A stretch of 64,000 bases of DNA from contig JYFJ02000135.1 of assembly GCA_000934665.2 (NCBI GenBank), forward strand, positions 62,001-126,000, read 5' to 3'. The translations under genes and the position numbers were made by a program. Under the pieces are notes generated by a model, which was given only the letters and a program-made list of their open reading frames with translations, was not told the DNA's origin and ran no database searches. How positions within the stretch are numbered: position 1 is the stretch's first letter; each line of letters starts with the position of its first letter. Positions 36,601 through 50,081 of the stretch are shown in pieces. This stretch comes from Catajapyx aquilonaris. Lineage: Eukaryota.

Positions 36601-39600
36601 TAGGAGTCGTCGAACACTCGGATTTTGCCACTTGTCACCAGTGGTGGTTCCTCATGGGAACATTGCAGAATTTTGGGACTAGTTCCATTGGCCGACAGGG
36701 TGTCCGTCCGTCGTGCGGCTCCTTTTGCCGAAAGGAGAGGCAGGCCGCTAAACAACGGGGTTTTATTGGTTGGTAAAAGCTTTGGTGCGATGGCCGACGG
36801 CTGCAGTGATGGCAGGTTGTTCTCTTGTCACCCCGCGCCAGGCTGAGCAGTGTAACAGGCCGGAAGGAAGGATCAGATTCCGCGCTTTGTTGGAGCTGGC
36901 CCATTCAACAGACTCACTTCCATCGGCCCACCCCACCCATCTTTTTCGGGTCTAACCCCTATGGGGACTTGCCTGCGGCGACTACCCCCCACCCCCCTTC
37001 TCCTAAAGTTCCCTTCTTCTTTTCCACCGCCGACTGTCACAAAGGGCCGTGACAGCAGCCTCTTCTGTCGGACCAGAAGGCTTGAGCAGCCAAATGGTGG
37101 CAAATTACCAAAATGGATCCTCCTCCTAGTCGTCGGTCGTCGTCGTCGTCCTCGCCCCCCTATCCCCCCACGTGTTTCACTAAACGACTGCTCCAGACGG
37201 TGCAGCCACTTCTAATAAAACGGACTAACGCGACTGCGAACTCAATTCGCAGTTTGGATTGAGACACATCAGGCCCTCCCCAGCCTAACGACCCTGTTAC
37301 ATCATTTTTTTGGGGGTGGCTACACTTCTTCTCAAAATATTGCACCAAATAACAGCGTGAGTTCTACAAAAAATTCCGCACTTTTCAGCATAACCCTTCA
37401 ATTCACCCCACACATATCAACAGCTCCACGAGTGGCCGCAAGGGTTCGCCTTCAAAATGCGGTTTGTTCCTCAACTTCTGGGGCAGGCAAAGCAGGGGGT
37501 TTGTTAGGGGGGTGGGGTGGAAAGTAAACTAAACACAGCTACTAACTAGCCTTTGGCCAAACAAAGTCCACGTACGCACTTCTTGTTGAATATATGTATG
37601 CAAAACGCCAGCCATGGATTGCATTTTGTTAAATTTCAGGCTGGCTGATGAGCGATCGCCACCACTTGACATACAAGAACAAGTTCAGCTTTTGAACTAT
37701 ACAGTACATAACTACTGTCACGTACAGCTGTGTTTAAAACCCCCCCTAGCCCTCTAAGGTGATGTTATAACTCAGTCAATAAAGTCTAGCAACTCAAACA
37801 CCGGTCCCTATAAACCCCGGAGAGTAATTAGCACATAATGCCAGCTTAGGTAAGCTCGCGGAGAAAAATACAACTATGACTTTTTTTTATACCCCCCTCC
37901 CCACTTCTCCCACTCCCCTCTCCAACCTTTTGTCTTTGTCCGACGGAGGATTTGGAGAACTGAAGCGCACTTGCTGGGGAGAAATTATCGCATTTTTAAA
38001 ATCCCTTTCTCACTCTCTCTTTCCCGCCCCATCCCCCCCAGCTCGTCACAAAGAAATTCATCAAGGCGTTGCTGTTTTTTTCCGCCAAATTGCTCCAAAT
38101 GCTGGGGAAAAAAGGAAAGGCACCCTCTCTTTCCGCTTCTCTTTATGCTACAAATTACCTGCGCCGAGATAATGACACTGTTCGTCAAGTTTTTTCCTCT
38201 GAAAAATTCGTTTTTAGAGGAAAAATCTACCTGCTAGGCTATAATACTGTAATACATATATGACATATCCCAACCAACCTGCTCCTACGAAGGTCACGGC
38301 CTACAACCACCCCTCCTAGTTTTCATGAACTCCCGGAAAACATGTCAGCACTGTGGGAACAAGATTGTGAACAGTGTCCCGAATCCACCACCTTTTGTCT
38401 CCTGAGCCTCTCCATAAGCCTAGGAAAAGCAAGGCACGCTAACGACTTCGGAAACCTCTCTCCAAAAAGGTTCGCCGGATGACACGGGACTTGCAAGTCA
38501 CCGGACGAGTTATGAAGCCTTATACTCGTTTCCCATCAACCGACATGATTGATAGGCCGTCACATCCCTTCTATATTTCATCCATCTCCAGCTATCTCTC
38601 CTGCTACCCCCCTGAATTCGATGACGTGGCATATCCAAGGTGGCAGGGGGCAGTCCGTCCCCATCACACCACACCACCCCCCAGAATTCGCCTCATAAAA
38701 AAGTGCAGGGTTATAGAAAATGTGAGTGACACCGGTCCTGTCCGTGACGAGGTATCGCATTAAAGTCGCCACCTCGGCTAAACAAAAGGCGCATAGTCAC
38801 CATCCGTGGTCCGGCATCCCCGTGGAAAAATGATTGATACCTCTCGCCTGCCAATGGGCGGCCTCCAAATCGAAGATTCCCATCGGGGTGGCAACAAAGA
38901 GGCCTCATCAAGCCGCCTTATATTCCTTCCCAGCTTGGCCTAACGTCATCCAACCTCCAAGAATACATAATCCGCCGCCACGTCGTGGATTACGGACTTG
39001 AAATATATGGAGACCAAACCACCCTGAGGTGTAAAAACCACTCGGCATCGGACAGAGATGTGCTCTCGGGTGTCACGGGTTGGGGAGACTAACAAGGTAT
39101 CTAACTCCGGTGCTCTAATCCCTCGCTGCTGAGTAATGAAGTTCAACATTGCAGTCCCGCCCCCGTTTTCTTGCAGTTTCTGGGAGTAAACACACTTGCG
39201 CCTTCCCCGGCGGGAAATCAAATTAATCCGCAGCTCAAATCGGACTGTATGCAAAACATACTAATAACAACAACAGCAACATAAAAATTTGGCGTGGCAG
39301 GCACCTGTCGTAGTCACGCAAACGGGCTATAAATCGCGCAGATGCCAAGGTATTGACGAATGGCTGGACACCATATACAATTATTTTCAAGGATTCTCCG
39401 TCCGCGTCCTTGGCCGAAACTAAGACCGGATTACCTATCGCGAACTGTCAACCATAATATATAGTCACTTCCACTCCCTCAAATGTGCGTACATCATTTG
39501 AGACCAAAAAAATGAGCATCATTTCCGTCACCTGCACTAGCTTCATTACCGCTCCTGTCACGCTCGCACTCAAGACATATAGGTGAAGTCCACGACACCA

Positions 39601-42600
39601 ACGTATGTGCCGGAAGCCAACACCCGGTAATGGAACTTCTGTAGCCGTTTCCAATCCTCTTATGATAATGAGGTCCGTAATGATCGCTTGGCTAATACTT
39701 GTCCGGGGCGCCCAAGGGTGTCGCAGGGGCTCGGCCATGGAGGAATAAGCCACAATTAAGAACCAAATACTAATAGGGTCGACCCACATGCCAATTCGAG
39801 GCTCAGCTTCAGACACGCTCGAGACGCGGTCGTGCCACGCGCGTTCGAAGGCCCATCCTGCTATTGCCCATTTTTCAAGGCCCACCCACCGGCCTCTCAT
39901 CCAATCATCTTCCGTCTACCTTGCTAAACAGCCTCCCATTACACGCTCTGACAACTCTCATCACAACTCTGGCGCCTTATGAGTCCGCATGAAGACGTCT
40001 AATGTCACCTAAGGTGTTCGGCAACCAAGTCCACTGTTGTGTATTTGCAAGTGCTGGGATTAACTGCGCAAAAAAAGTCTCTCTTGCAACAACCGGGTTG
40101 TCAACCTTTGGATGACAGGCTGATGGGGAGGTAATGTGGCGGATAATGAGTCTTGGACTCACTGGCTTGGCCTTCCCCAAAATATGGAATGGAATGCCGG
40201 TTGGTTTCTGACAAGCCCTACTCGGACCGCGTGCACTGGATAGCTCCAATTCCAAGCGCCCCCCCTCTTTTTCACCACCTTTTTCGCTGAAACTGCTTGA
40301 ATCTAGGGAAACACACCCTCTCTACCGAATAATTATTTTTGTGATAATTTTCCCTTTTCCTCCTCTCCCCCCACCCTGAAACTCGAACCCTTTTCTCCAA
40401 CCCTCAAGAAATACTCCCTGATCTCATGCATAGGCGATTCGGTCATCTCATCGCACGCACCTTTGGCAAGCACTCCCCAGCGGCTATTACAGGTCGGCAC
40501 TTTCATTTCCTAGGCATCGTCTCCCTCGCCTTTTTTCCAACGTTTCCCTGCCAACACTTCATTTGGAAGCCAACCCCCCACCCACAGCCTCCGCTATAGC
40601 ATACGCATTGCAAAGCACCCTTGCCAAAGGTGTTTTAACCTATGGTTAAAATTTGGCACAACATTCAGCACAATAAAATTACTAACCAGCATAATTTAAT
40701 TTTAAAAAATTCCATGAAATGTAGGAAAAAAATTATGAATGTCGCAAGTGAACCTTAACATTCTTCGGTTTCTCGCTATATTTTAGCAAATTAAATTTTG
40801 CTCGTTAGTTTGAACTCACAAGAGCATGAATGCAAACGAACTTTTATGCTTGGACTAGCAATGGTGCGAAAGTCCATGTGTAGTCTTATGACACTGCCCA
40901 AGTTACACCAACTTTTAATTTTAAACATGTAGAGCGAAACGGCAGTTTCAGTATGGTCGATACTCATTTGGATTTTTTTAGCATAAAAATATCGTTTCCT
41001 AGTTTCGCTCATGAGCCTAAAGCATCGGAAATATTGGCTGAACCGTGAATATAAATTTACACTCCAATAATTTTTATCGTGTATATTTTAAAATACGTAT
41101 CAATCACCTTATCTGCCAAGCTATTAAGCGTTAAAAAAATCTGACTCCTTCATCATTCGCACCGTGACTATTGTTACAGCTCGGCACGCTATGAGGCACC
41201 CCTGCAAGAATATAAAAAAAACTTCAAGATACACACACCCACACCAAGTGAGACACTGATATAAACTAACTAGCAAGGTGAACTACGCCGAGCTTTGGAG
41301 GTTTATAATTTTGCTCGGGACACTTTGTAATCGGGACAGGTCGCAGTCACAGGTTCAGAAACCCCTTCCCTGTAAATTATTGAGATTAGGGAGCCCCAAC
41401 CAAGATACATCGCCCCAAGTAGGCTGCCATATATTTTACTGTCTTATCATCATGAGCACGCGATATGGCAACCTTCCATCCTATACATGGCGAGCTGTTT
41501 TTACTCTTCGCAACTGTGAATGTCCTCCGTTCAATGGATTTACTGCCAATTCATTTTTTGCACCAAGCTAAAATGATAGTGGCTGTTTCGCATTTTATGA
41601 CCTCATTTTAAAACAAGGATTATTGTTCAAACTTTAATCCGGTGCGTGTTTACCTACGCTTTTTTGTACAGAAACAACGCAAATAGTGGTCTTAATTGGA
41701 CGAAGCAATTAAAAGGCAACACTGTTCCATCTCAGCAGGTTATGAACATTCTGGTACTACCTGTTGTGCTAAGCGAACATGAGGAGCTGCATCATTGGTG
41801 TAAGCGAAAAAAAAAGTATAAGGAGAGGGTGGAATAAAAAAAAGAAGAAAGAGAAGCGAGCGCTCATCCCTTTCAAGAACTCAATTTCATGGGCTGCTTC
41901 CTGGGGGTTGAATTGTCAGCTACCCCTTATATATTTTTTGTATTGTCCCCCACCTTACAAACCTGTCTGTGGCCAAAAAAAATTACAAAACCCACAAATT
42001 CGCGCATTGTTTGAAAAATATTTTGACATCTCCCATTCAATTAACATTATTTACAAAAAAAAAATAAGGATCTATTAATATCCTATAAAATTTCGGACAG
42101 CTCTGAAATTGATATGTTGAGATTAACAAAGCTGGACACTGCGCAAAAAAAGGGCAATTCGCCTAACAAGTTAAACTGCTAATCAACCAAATTTTCCTGT
42201 GGAAATATGAACTGGTTTGTACAACATCAAATCATCCCCCGTCCTTGTTTGCTTTCTACCGTACAAGATTGTTTCTCATTTAACAAGAGTTATTACCCCG
42301 CTGTTACGAGTGAATTCCTCCTTTTCTTCCTCGCTGCGGGCTTTCTGCTGTTTGTCATGTGTAGTATTTCTGAATTGCTTGTAAGTCATTTCGTAGAGGG
42401 ACTAAGTTATGGCTGCCTTCCTCTACACTCGACAACTTTCTATGCGTGGATCGGGGGAGGTGGGGTTTGGGGACGATATAAATCACTGATTTCAATCGCG
42501 ACACAAACTGGTGTAGTTCTAGGCGGCAATAACAAAAAATTGAAGTTGTAATTACGTCAGTCGTAAACTACGGGATTAAAACGTTCTTTTCAAATAGAGT

Positions 42601-45600
42601 ATGCTAACATGAACTTGTAGTACACACAAGGGCTTTATGCAGGCAGTTTGTGTTTCTCCGTCAGCGCGTAATAAACTGGTCAAAGGGTCATCAGAATAAT
42701 CGAAGAATGCAAAATATCGCTTTTATGATCCCCTAGGATGGTCTGAAAAGCCAACGAACTGGTTTACCAAAAAGGGGTTCATTCACACAATATCCGTCAC
42801 AGTAAGTTGACATAACAATACAATAATGTGTACTGAAGAAACATTTCATCAGATAATAGACAAGAAAAAATGGGGTAACGCGTTGCGCGGATTTCTTTTA
42901 ACTTCCTCTCTATGTTGGAATCATCCGGCGAATTCCTCTGAAGTCATGTTTACTTTCTCTGCTCTCCCAATACTGTGCGAAACCTGTCTATCGCGAACAG
43001 TATACAGTGGAAACGTGTCCATTACAGAAATTGTTTACGATCCAGCCACATGATATTGTCGCATATAACAAAATTTCCTAAGTTGCAACAACAATATAGT
43101 GACATCATTTTAGAACCTTATACAAATCGGAGTGTAGACATGTTTCACTATATTTTTCAAACTCAGCACGTCTCCACACTCTCAAGGCATTCAAAACGGT
43201 CTCTAAGGATTAAACTGAGTGCCTTAATCCATTTTTGTCCAGCAGGGTGTGTCTCCACATCACTCCTTATTCTTCGTATGTCAGATACGTATCAACATAT
43301 TGCCACCATTCCATGCCTAATGCCGCATTTTTTTTTTTTTGCAATTATCGCATTTTTTTGCACCTACAAAACTAGAACTTCACTATAGTGTGGGAGCAAA
43401 CTCAGCACCTTGAGAGACCCTGCACTAAACAGTACTTTTATAGCCACCTTCATCTCATCCCCGCATTGTAGTTGTCCCATAGTGTGAGAGCCCGTTGACG
43501 TCATGTGGACACCTCCACCTGCTGATGTATCAGTCCGGTTCTGAACCGGAAGGACACTTGCGGGGGGACGACCTCTAAGTAGCCGTTACTTATTCCACGC
43601 GCCATTAGTGTCCCCATCCATCCTTGTCCGTAAATGTCTCTGGTGGAATCACACACAAAACTTGGGGGCCCTCGGGGGGTCACAAGATCCTGAATACAGG
43701 CCGGCCTGCAAAACAAGGGGTGGGTGGGTGGCAAATGATGGATAGGTGTCATTACAACCGGATCCATCCATTAAGACCGGCTGCAACAAGTACGGGGCCG
43801 AAAGCCCCAATTACTCCCACCGAAGAAGAAGTCACTTGAAAATTCCTTTCCACAGATGGACGCCCACGATCTGCCCTCCTTCTTTTTTATTTATTCTAAT
43901 CGTTTCTGTGGAAAATTAGGCGGCCACGAAGATTGGTCAGTCAGATAGGGTTCTCTTCCTTGCTGCGGAGCGAAACAACCGTAATTTTCTTGCCCGGTAA
44001 TGATGGATTTTTTTTCCCTCCTTTCTTCATGCGGTTGAAATGGGAGCCATTGCAATGTACGTGATCCATCGCCTTCAGAATGCAGATGCCTGTCCCCCTC
44101 GCACAAGACAATGAAAAACGGACACTACTTTCACATCCATTCTACCATGCTCTATCAACACACACAATAAAAAGTGCCTCGTTTTTAACAATGCCTCGCA
44201 CACTTGTCAAGTCCCTCGAGATCCTAAGAGTTTCCTTATGTAAGCTCGTCATGCGATGTGGTATGTCAATGCACGGCTAATTCGACACCCGGGCCTATGG
44301 ATATGATTCATGATTCTAAACCTGTTGTGCAGATTTGGAGTCGCCAGGGGAAAAAACTCGCAATTAGAAAATGACGAACATTTTTCACGACATCATATGC
44401 CTAATTATAATTAGGGACTGGTGCTAATGCCACTCATAATTACACCGGCAATTATTTAATTTGAAAACGGAGCAAACTTTCAACGCCTGCAACAATGGAT
44501 CAAGGGCAGATTAGTGCAAGCTCTGTTGTGTGCCATGAGTCGTAATCGCCCCTCTACTATAATATAGGCTACACCGATATCAACAAGTTGGTGGTGGGGA
44601 TCTCCCCTCAACCCAATCCCCCCCAACTACACCCACCCCCATTTTTCCCTCCATTTTTTTTTACTAAAACTGATCGATATACAAGCGTTTCACAAACGAG
44701 AAGGCTACGAGAATTGAAAGATTTAATAACATGATTGTTGCTCGAATTACCTCAACACCAACGCCGTTTAGCCACCGAAGATTGTAGATATCACCCAACC
44801 AGGTACAAAACACACGAAGACACGTACTTACCTAAAAAAGAGAAAAGTTGGATTAATATACTGACAGGATATTTAAAAAATTCAGTGATTCACACTTTTC
44901 CCCCTGAAATTACAGAACTGATGTCCTTGTACACTATCGCAAGTAGCAACCATCCATCATTACCAATTGCAAAACCGCCATTACATACCTGCAAAAAAAC
45001 ACTAATCTGGCAGCATCTCTCCCCCCCCCCTGAAGTTCTCCCTCTCTAAGAGTCCCCTCCCCCATACGCTTTATCGGAAAAACACTATTCCTTTACTTCA
45101 TCGAGTGCACAAAGCATCCAGGAGAAAAGGGGAGAATCGGAGAGGAGAAAGAGAGAACACACACAGTGAGATTGAAGAGAGGTTGAGGGGAGAGGAGGGT
45201 AGAGTAGGATTCTGTCCAAATCCAGGGCTTGTAGGATGGACGCTCTGGCACTAAGGTTTTATCGCATCCCATCATCCACACGACCCTGAGTCAGCCTCCT
45301 GATTGAAAGCCTTGATTGATATCTGCCATTAAAGCTGACGTTTTAAAGGGAACGCCGGCCTAGAATACAACCTAAACCCCCCTCTCTCTCCTAGTACACT
45401 TCTCCGCAAAAATGTGCCCATTGTAACCGTGTCCCATGCTCTTAATGCAGCATCTGCAGAAAATCTTTCTCCCAACGACACGTAAAGAGCTCCCGCTCTC
45501 CATTACTCATTGGGTGTTTGTCTTTTTTAATGGACCCAGGAGCCGCTCGTTGTGAATAAATACGGATTACAGAACCGGGGAGGGGAGGTCATACATCTGG

Positions 45601-48600
45601 GTTCCAATTCTGTATAAGTGCGTCCGCCATCTTACCACTTTTTGGGGGCAGTAAAGGGGGTAAGGATCGCATAAATATCGATTCGCAATGTATCGACATC
45701 CGATATTTCAAATTGCTGATAGGTGTATATTATAATTTTGTAATCAGTGATCTGCGAATAGGGTATCAATTGAAATCATATTTAAACACGATATTAAGGA
45801 AATATCGATGTGCCATGGTATGAATATCCAGCAGTCGACCTTTGCCATGAGGGCCAACCCTCTCCGACCAGAAGCTACTTTTCGAGCATCAGGCTGTCCA
45901 GAGGCCATTTTTAGGACGCCCAGTAGCCCCTGCTCTCCACACTTCAAACTCCTAACGACACCTAGTGGAAGTAAAAGAGTGGAAAAAGGGGGAGCCATAA
46001 TTACCCTGCTTTCCAAATAGCCTCGGCCATGATGGACCCTGGTTACCGCCCTGACCCATAGCGTCCTTACCACCCTCCCACCCACCCCCATTCTTCATTA
46101 GCATTGCCCTCGCCTCACCTTTTACGATCAATTAACGTTCCTCCCAGCCCCACGACACGTCTCTCTTGCCTTTTCCTCCAACTGCAGCTGTCCTCGGTAG
46201 GCCTCCGGTAATGAGGGAAAACGAGGAGCCCGGGAGAGTACGGAGCCTGCTGGAAATGGACGACCCACTTGCCTTTTGGTCACCCACAAAATCCCCAAGA
46301 TTCCTCCTTGATTTTAAAGGACAATGCGTATGTTTCAAGTATTTATAAGGAGGGAAGGGAAGTTTTGCAAAAGCGGTCCTACGTTGCTATTGTAATGTGA
46401 ATGATTGATAAGGGTTTTCGCATTTGGGCACAACTTCCAACTGGGAATAGGCACGTCTTCGTCTCTATTTTCACGACAACTGAAGTTGGGTCGCTCTTTA
46501 ATCTTGAAATAGTGAGTGACATTTCCTGGAAGTTATTTTTGGCAAATATGAAAAACTTGAAGGAATTATTGATAAAAGCAAACGAATCAACCTTGTGCAC
46601 CAGCGTCGCGTTTTAAACACCCATAGTAGCCTCCCCCTAAATATTAAGAACCCCTTTTGCCCAAATTTCCATAAGTCCTTCCTTCACCATGAAGCCTGTC
46701 AACTCCCAGGCCTGTACATAACCCGAGTCCATAGCTGCAGTCGGGGCAGCAAATATATACAGTGGACAGCAGGCGACGCATCGCGATCATGAATTATGGA
46801 CCCCATTTTCCTGACCAGGAGAAAGGGGGCCGGCTATTCCCCAAATCTCGGAAGGTCCGAAAAGGAGACATCTCTGGGACAAGCAGCGGACCCCGTGTTT
46901 CAAATGCTACTCCGGACCTAGAGCATCATAATTGTAAAGCAGCTGGAAAATCACGCGCTTGGAAACTTGTCTCTCACAATGAGGCGGCTAATTAGGGAGA
47001 AGGAGGAACGTTGGATTGCGCTTGCGTCACGTATAAAACTTTTTCCAACTAACAAAGGTTCTCAGTTGCAGGCCAACGGACACCTATCACCTTTATGCCA
47101 TTCTGTGAAATTCACGGCCTGATTTCTGCCGGATAACCCAGGCCACTTTATATACTCTTTTTTTTTTTTTTCTAAGGGGAGGTTCTGTCACATGAATGCG
47201 GTCATTTTTCTTGCTAACGTTGCAAATGTGACGCAAAAAGTTTGAAACAATGGGTGTCGAAATGAGCCTTGAAGGTATTACAAGGTGTGTGCATATATGC
47301 TAGGTGCACAACCGGCCTGCACGATATTGATTGCAAATTCTCTGCGTGTGACCGCCAAATTCAGAGCTGTCAGTCACGCTCCAAAATGTCTCCATAAACT
47401 TCCAAGGGGGAAATAAACGCACACAGTCAAACCCTGTACAGTTACGCAAATGTCGGAGTCGAAACGACAAGGTATGAAATAATCAGGCAAGTTCCTAAAT
47501 TGAGACAGTTGTGACGTCACATGTCTAATAGTGAAAGGGCTAATTTCACGTGAGCATCAATAAGAATAGCATGGTTGACTAAGAAAGCCAGTGGGGGTCA
47601 CATAGGCCATACCAAAAATACAAACTTGTCCAGTCGCATCCCAACCCCTCCAGGCTTGTATGTGTAGCATTGGGCAAGCCTCAACTGCCATTTTCTCCAT
47701 AAGTATAGGTATCCTAATATTATTTACGACAGGAGAGACCTACTGTTTCTAGTCATGCCGCGGTCGTAAAACTCAAGGCTGTCTGGTACAAGTACAGCCC
47801 TGTTTTTCACCGCATCACCTGCCTTCTCATGATGGAACAGAAATATGAGGGAGGTGGTAGGTGGTGCGAGGGTCGAAGGAAAGGCCCCCCACACCACCTT
47901 ACCCCCCAGTCAAAGATACTATGCAAACGGAAGTCTCACAATGAAAAAGGATGTGCAGACCGCATTACAGTCGATATGTGCAATAAGACCTTACGCAACT
48001 CTTTCTGGCATATCAGCAGGCTCGACACGGATCAAGTGTATTTCAACGTAATTTCGCACGAAGGTCTCCACCTGCGCTCAATGATACAGGTAACCATGAC
48101 CTACTGCTCCGAGCGTGCATTTTTCTTGCTATCAATCATTCCGCAAAAAGTCGTTCTTGAATCAACCTTTTCCATATAATACTGTACAATCCAATTCCGC
48201 TCTGCACGTTTCTGATTTATTACGCCACAAAATCACGTTACGCAACATGCAAATGTTTTGTAGTGTTTGTGTAACTATTGACAACCACCTGGATTTCAGG
48301 CTCTTTGTATTGTCTTTTTTTTAAAACCTGAAGTATAAAGAGCCGGGCCATTAGAGCCAGACTCCTCTCCTCTATAATCCTGGGCCATGAGTGAAGTGCC
48401 CCAGAGTGAAACTGGCTTCACAGCATTCTGTCAAGAAAATGAATTATTCTGATGGAGGTGAGGGTATAAATCGTGCTTACGGCGGGGTCTGACTTGCTCA
48501 GAGGGGCCTGGCAGGCAGGGGCGAGTCCGCCTATAGAAACGACCCCCATACATAAAGCCCACAGCCCCACGGTACAAAAAGCAAATTGTCAATGATAAAC

Positions 48601-50038
48601 ATCTTCATAAATTATCCCACCAGAATAGAAAGTTCTCGTCATTGCAGTTTCACTGCCTTTCACCTCCGTCGTCAGCGGCGCTGGAGATATAAACGACTAT
48701 AAATCGAGCAAGGGGATGCTGGAGGATTTTTTTTCCGGAAAAATCGCACCAAATAGTCCGAGAAGGCCCAATCCGCACAAAAAAAACTGAAAAACTGCAT
48801 ATTTTCATTATTATATTTAATTCGATTCAATATTTCGTTACTTTTTATCGGTTTCGTCTCGGTTCGGTTCGTTTTGTAGAAACATGCCAGGGGACATAGC
48901 AATTCCTTGGGTAGATACAAAAATAATCTAAATGAAGCGTGAACGTATGAATGCTGGTCTTTGGCCGCATTTTTCCTGAGGCGCGCCCCGTTTGAGTTGT
49001 CACCACCTGGCAGGCTTGCCCCCAAAAGTACGTGTGCAATGCTGACTGGTGGGAGGATTTATAGTCGCAGCATCCCTTATACAGGTCACACCCAAACTTC
49101 TCTTTCTCTCTTATCTGCAAGATTTGTGTGCTCCCGAAACCGACGTGCTTGATCGACAACCCATGGTGGTCATTTCAACCTAAATGTATCGCTCAGCCTT
49201 ACCCGTGACGTTTTACTGCGGGTGTAAATCATGGCGGTGCAGGCCTCCGACAATAACCAATTAGCAACACGTACAGTCAACGACCGGAATAACCCGCGAT
49301 GTTCAAACAAATTTTTGTTGGCCTTGTTCATACACGACGCTTAGGTAGCCCTGGCTATGAAAAAAGACTAAGCCCCCGATCGAAGTGTCCTGCAGTTGCA
49401 AAAATGGCACCGCCAATCATGTCGCCTCAAGGGATCAATCGACCCTGACATTTGCCAGTCCTCGCCACACCTGTTTAGGACGCCAAAAGTCTCAAATGTG
49501 CGATACGCGACGGAAAAATATGGCCCCCAGTCCAAAGAGTACCAAAGAGTACAATACAACCCGACCCTACATATGCGCCTGTAATCTTTTATGTGGCTGG
49601 CTTGTATTTCGACCCCCGTTAGGAGTGTTCCTCTCATAAAAAGGCCTCCAGGCTATTTATGGGTGCCATTCTTATACTTTATGAACTGGTTGTGTCACAA
49701 GCTTGGGGTCCAGATTTAGGGGGACGTCAGACCATCTGGCTTCCAGTTAGGTCACCCAACATATCCACAAAAATTCTCAAATCGGTATGCAACTATTGCT
49801 AGTGTACGCCACCAACCGGAAGCTATGACTAGACCTCCCAATGAAAAATGACCTCTGACCCCCCCTCATGGGCCGACACGCGACTGCGCCGCTCCCAACA
49901 AAAGGAAGGGAATACATAGCACCCCTTTTCTTCTGGTCCACATCCTCACCCTACCCTGTCCCCACTCCGGGGAGCAAATGCGCGCCCTATCGAAATAGCG
50001 GCCATGACAAATGTGAGCGGCAGAGGCCCCTTGCAAAG

Positions 50039-50081
50039 TGACAGAACACAATATCAATCCATAAATCAAGGCGATAAATCA
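50039..50081. promoter_or_regulatory. Candidate Hth/Exd/Hox composite element
   Basis: TGACAG (50039-50044), ATCAATC, CCATAAATCA (=TGATTTATGG, 50059-50068) and ATAAATCA (50074-50081) all lie within 43 bp. Confidence 0.45.
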
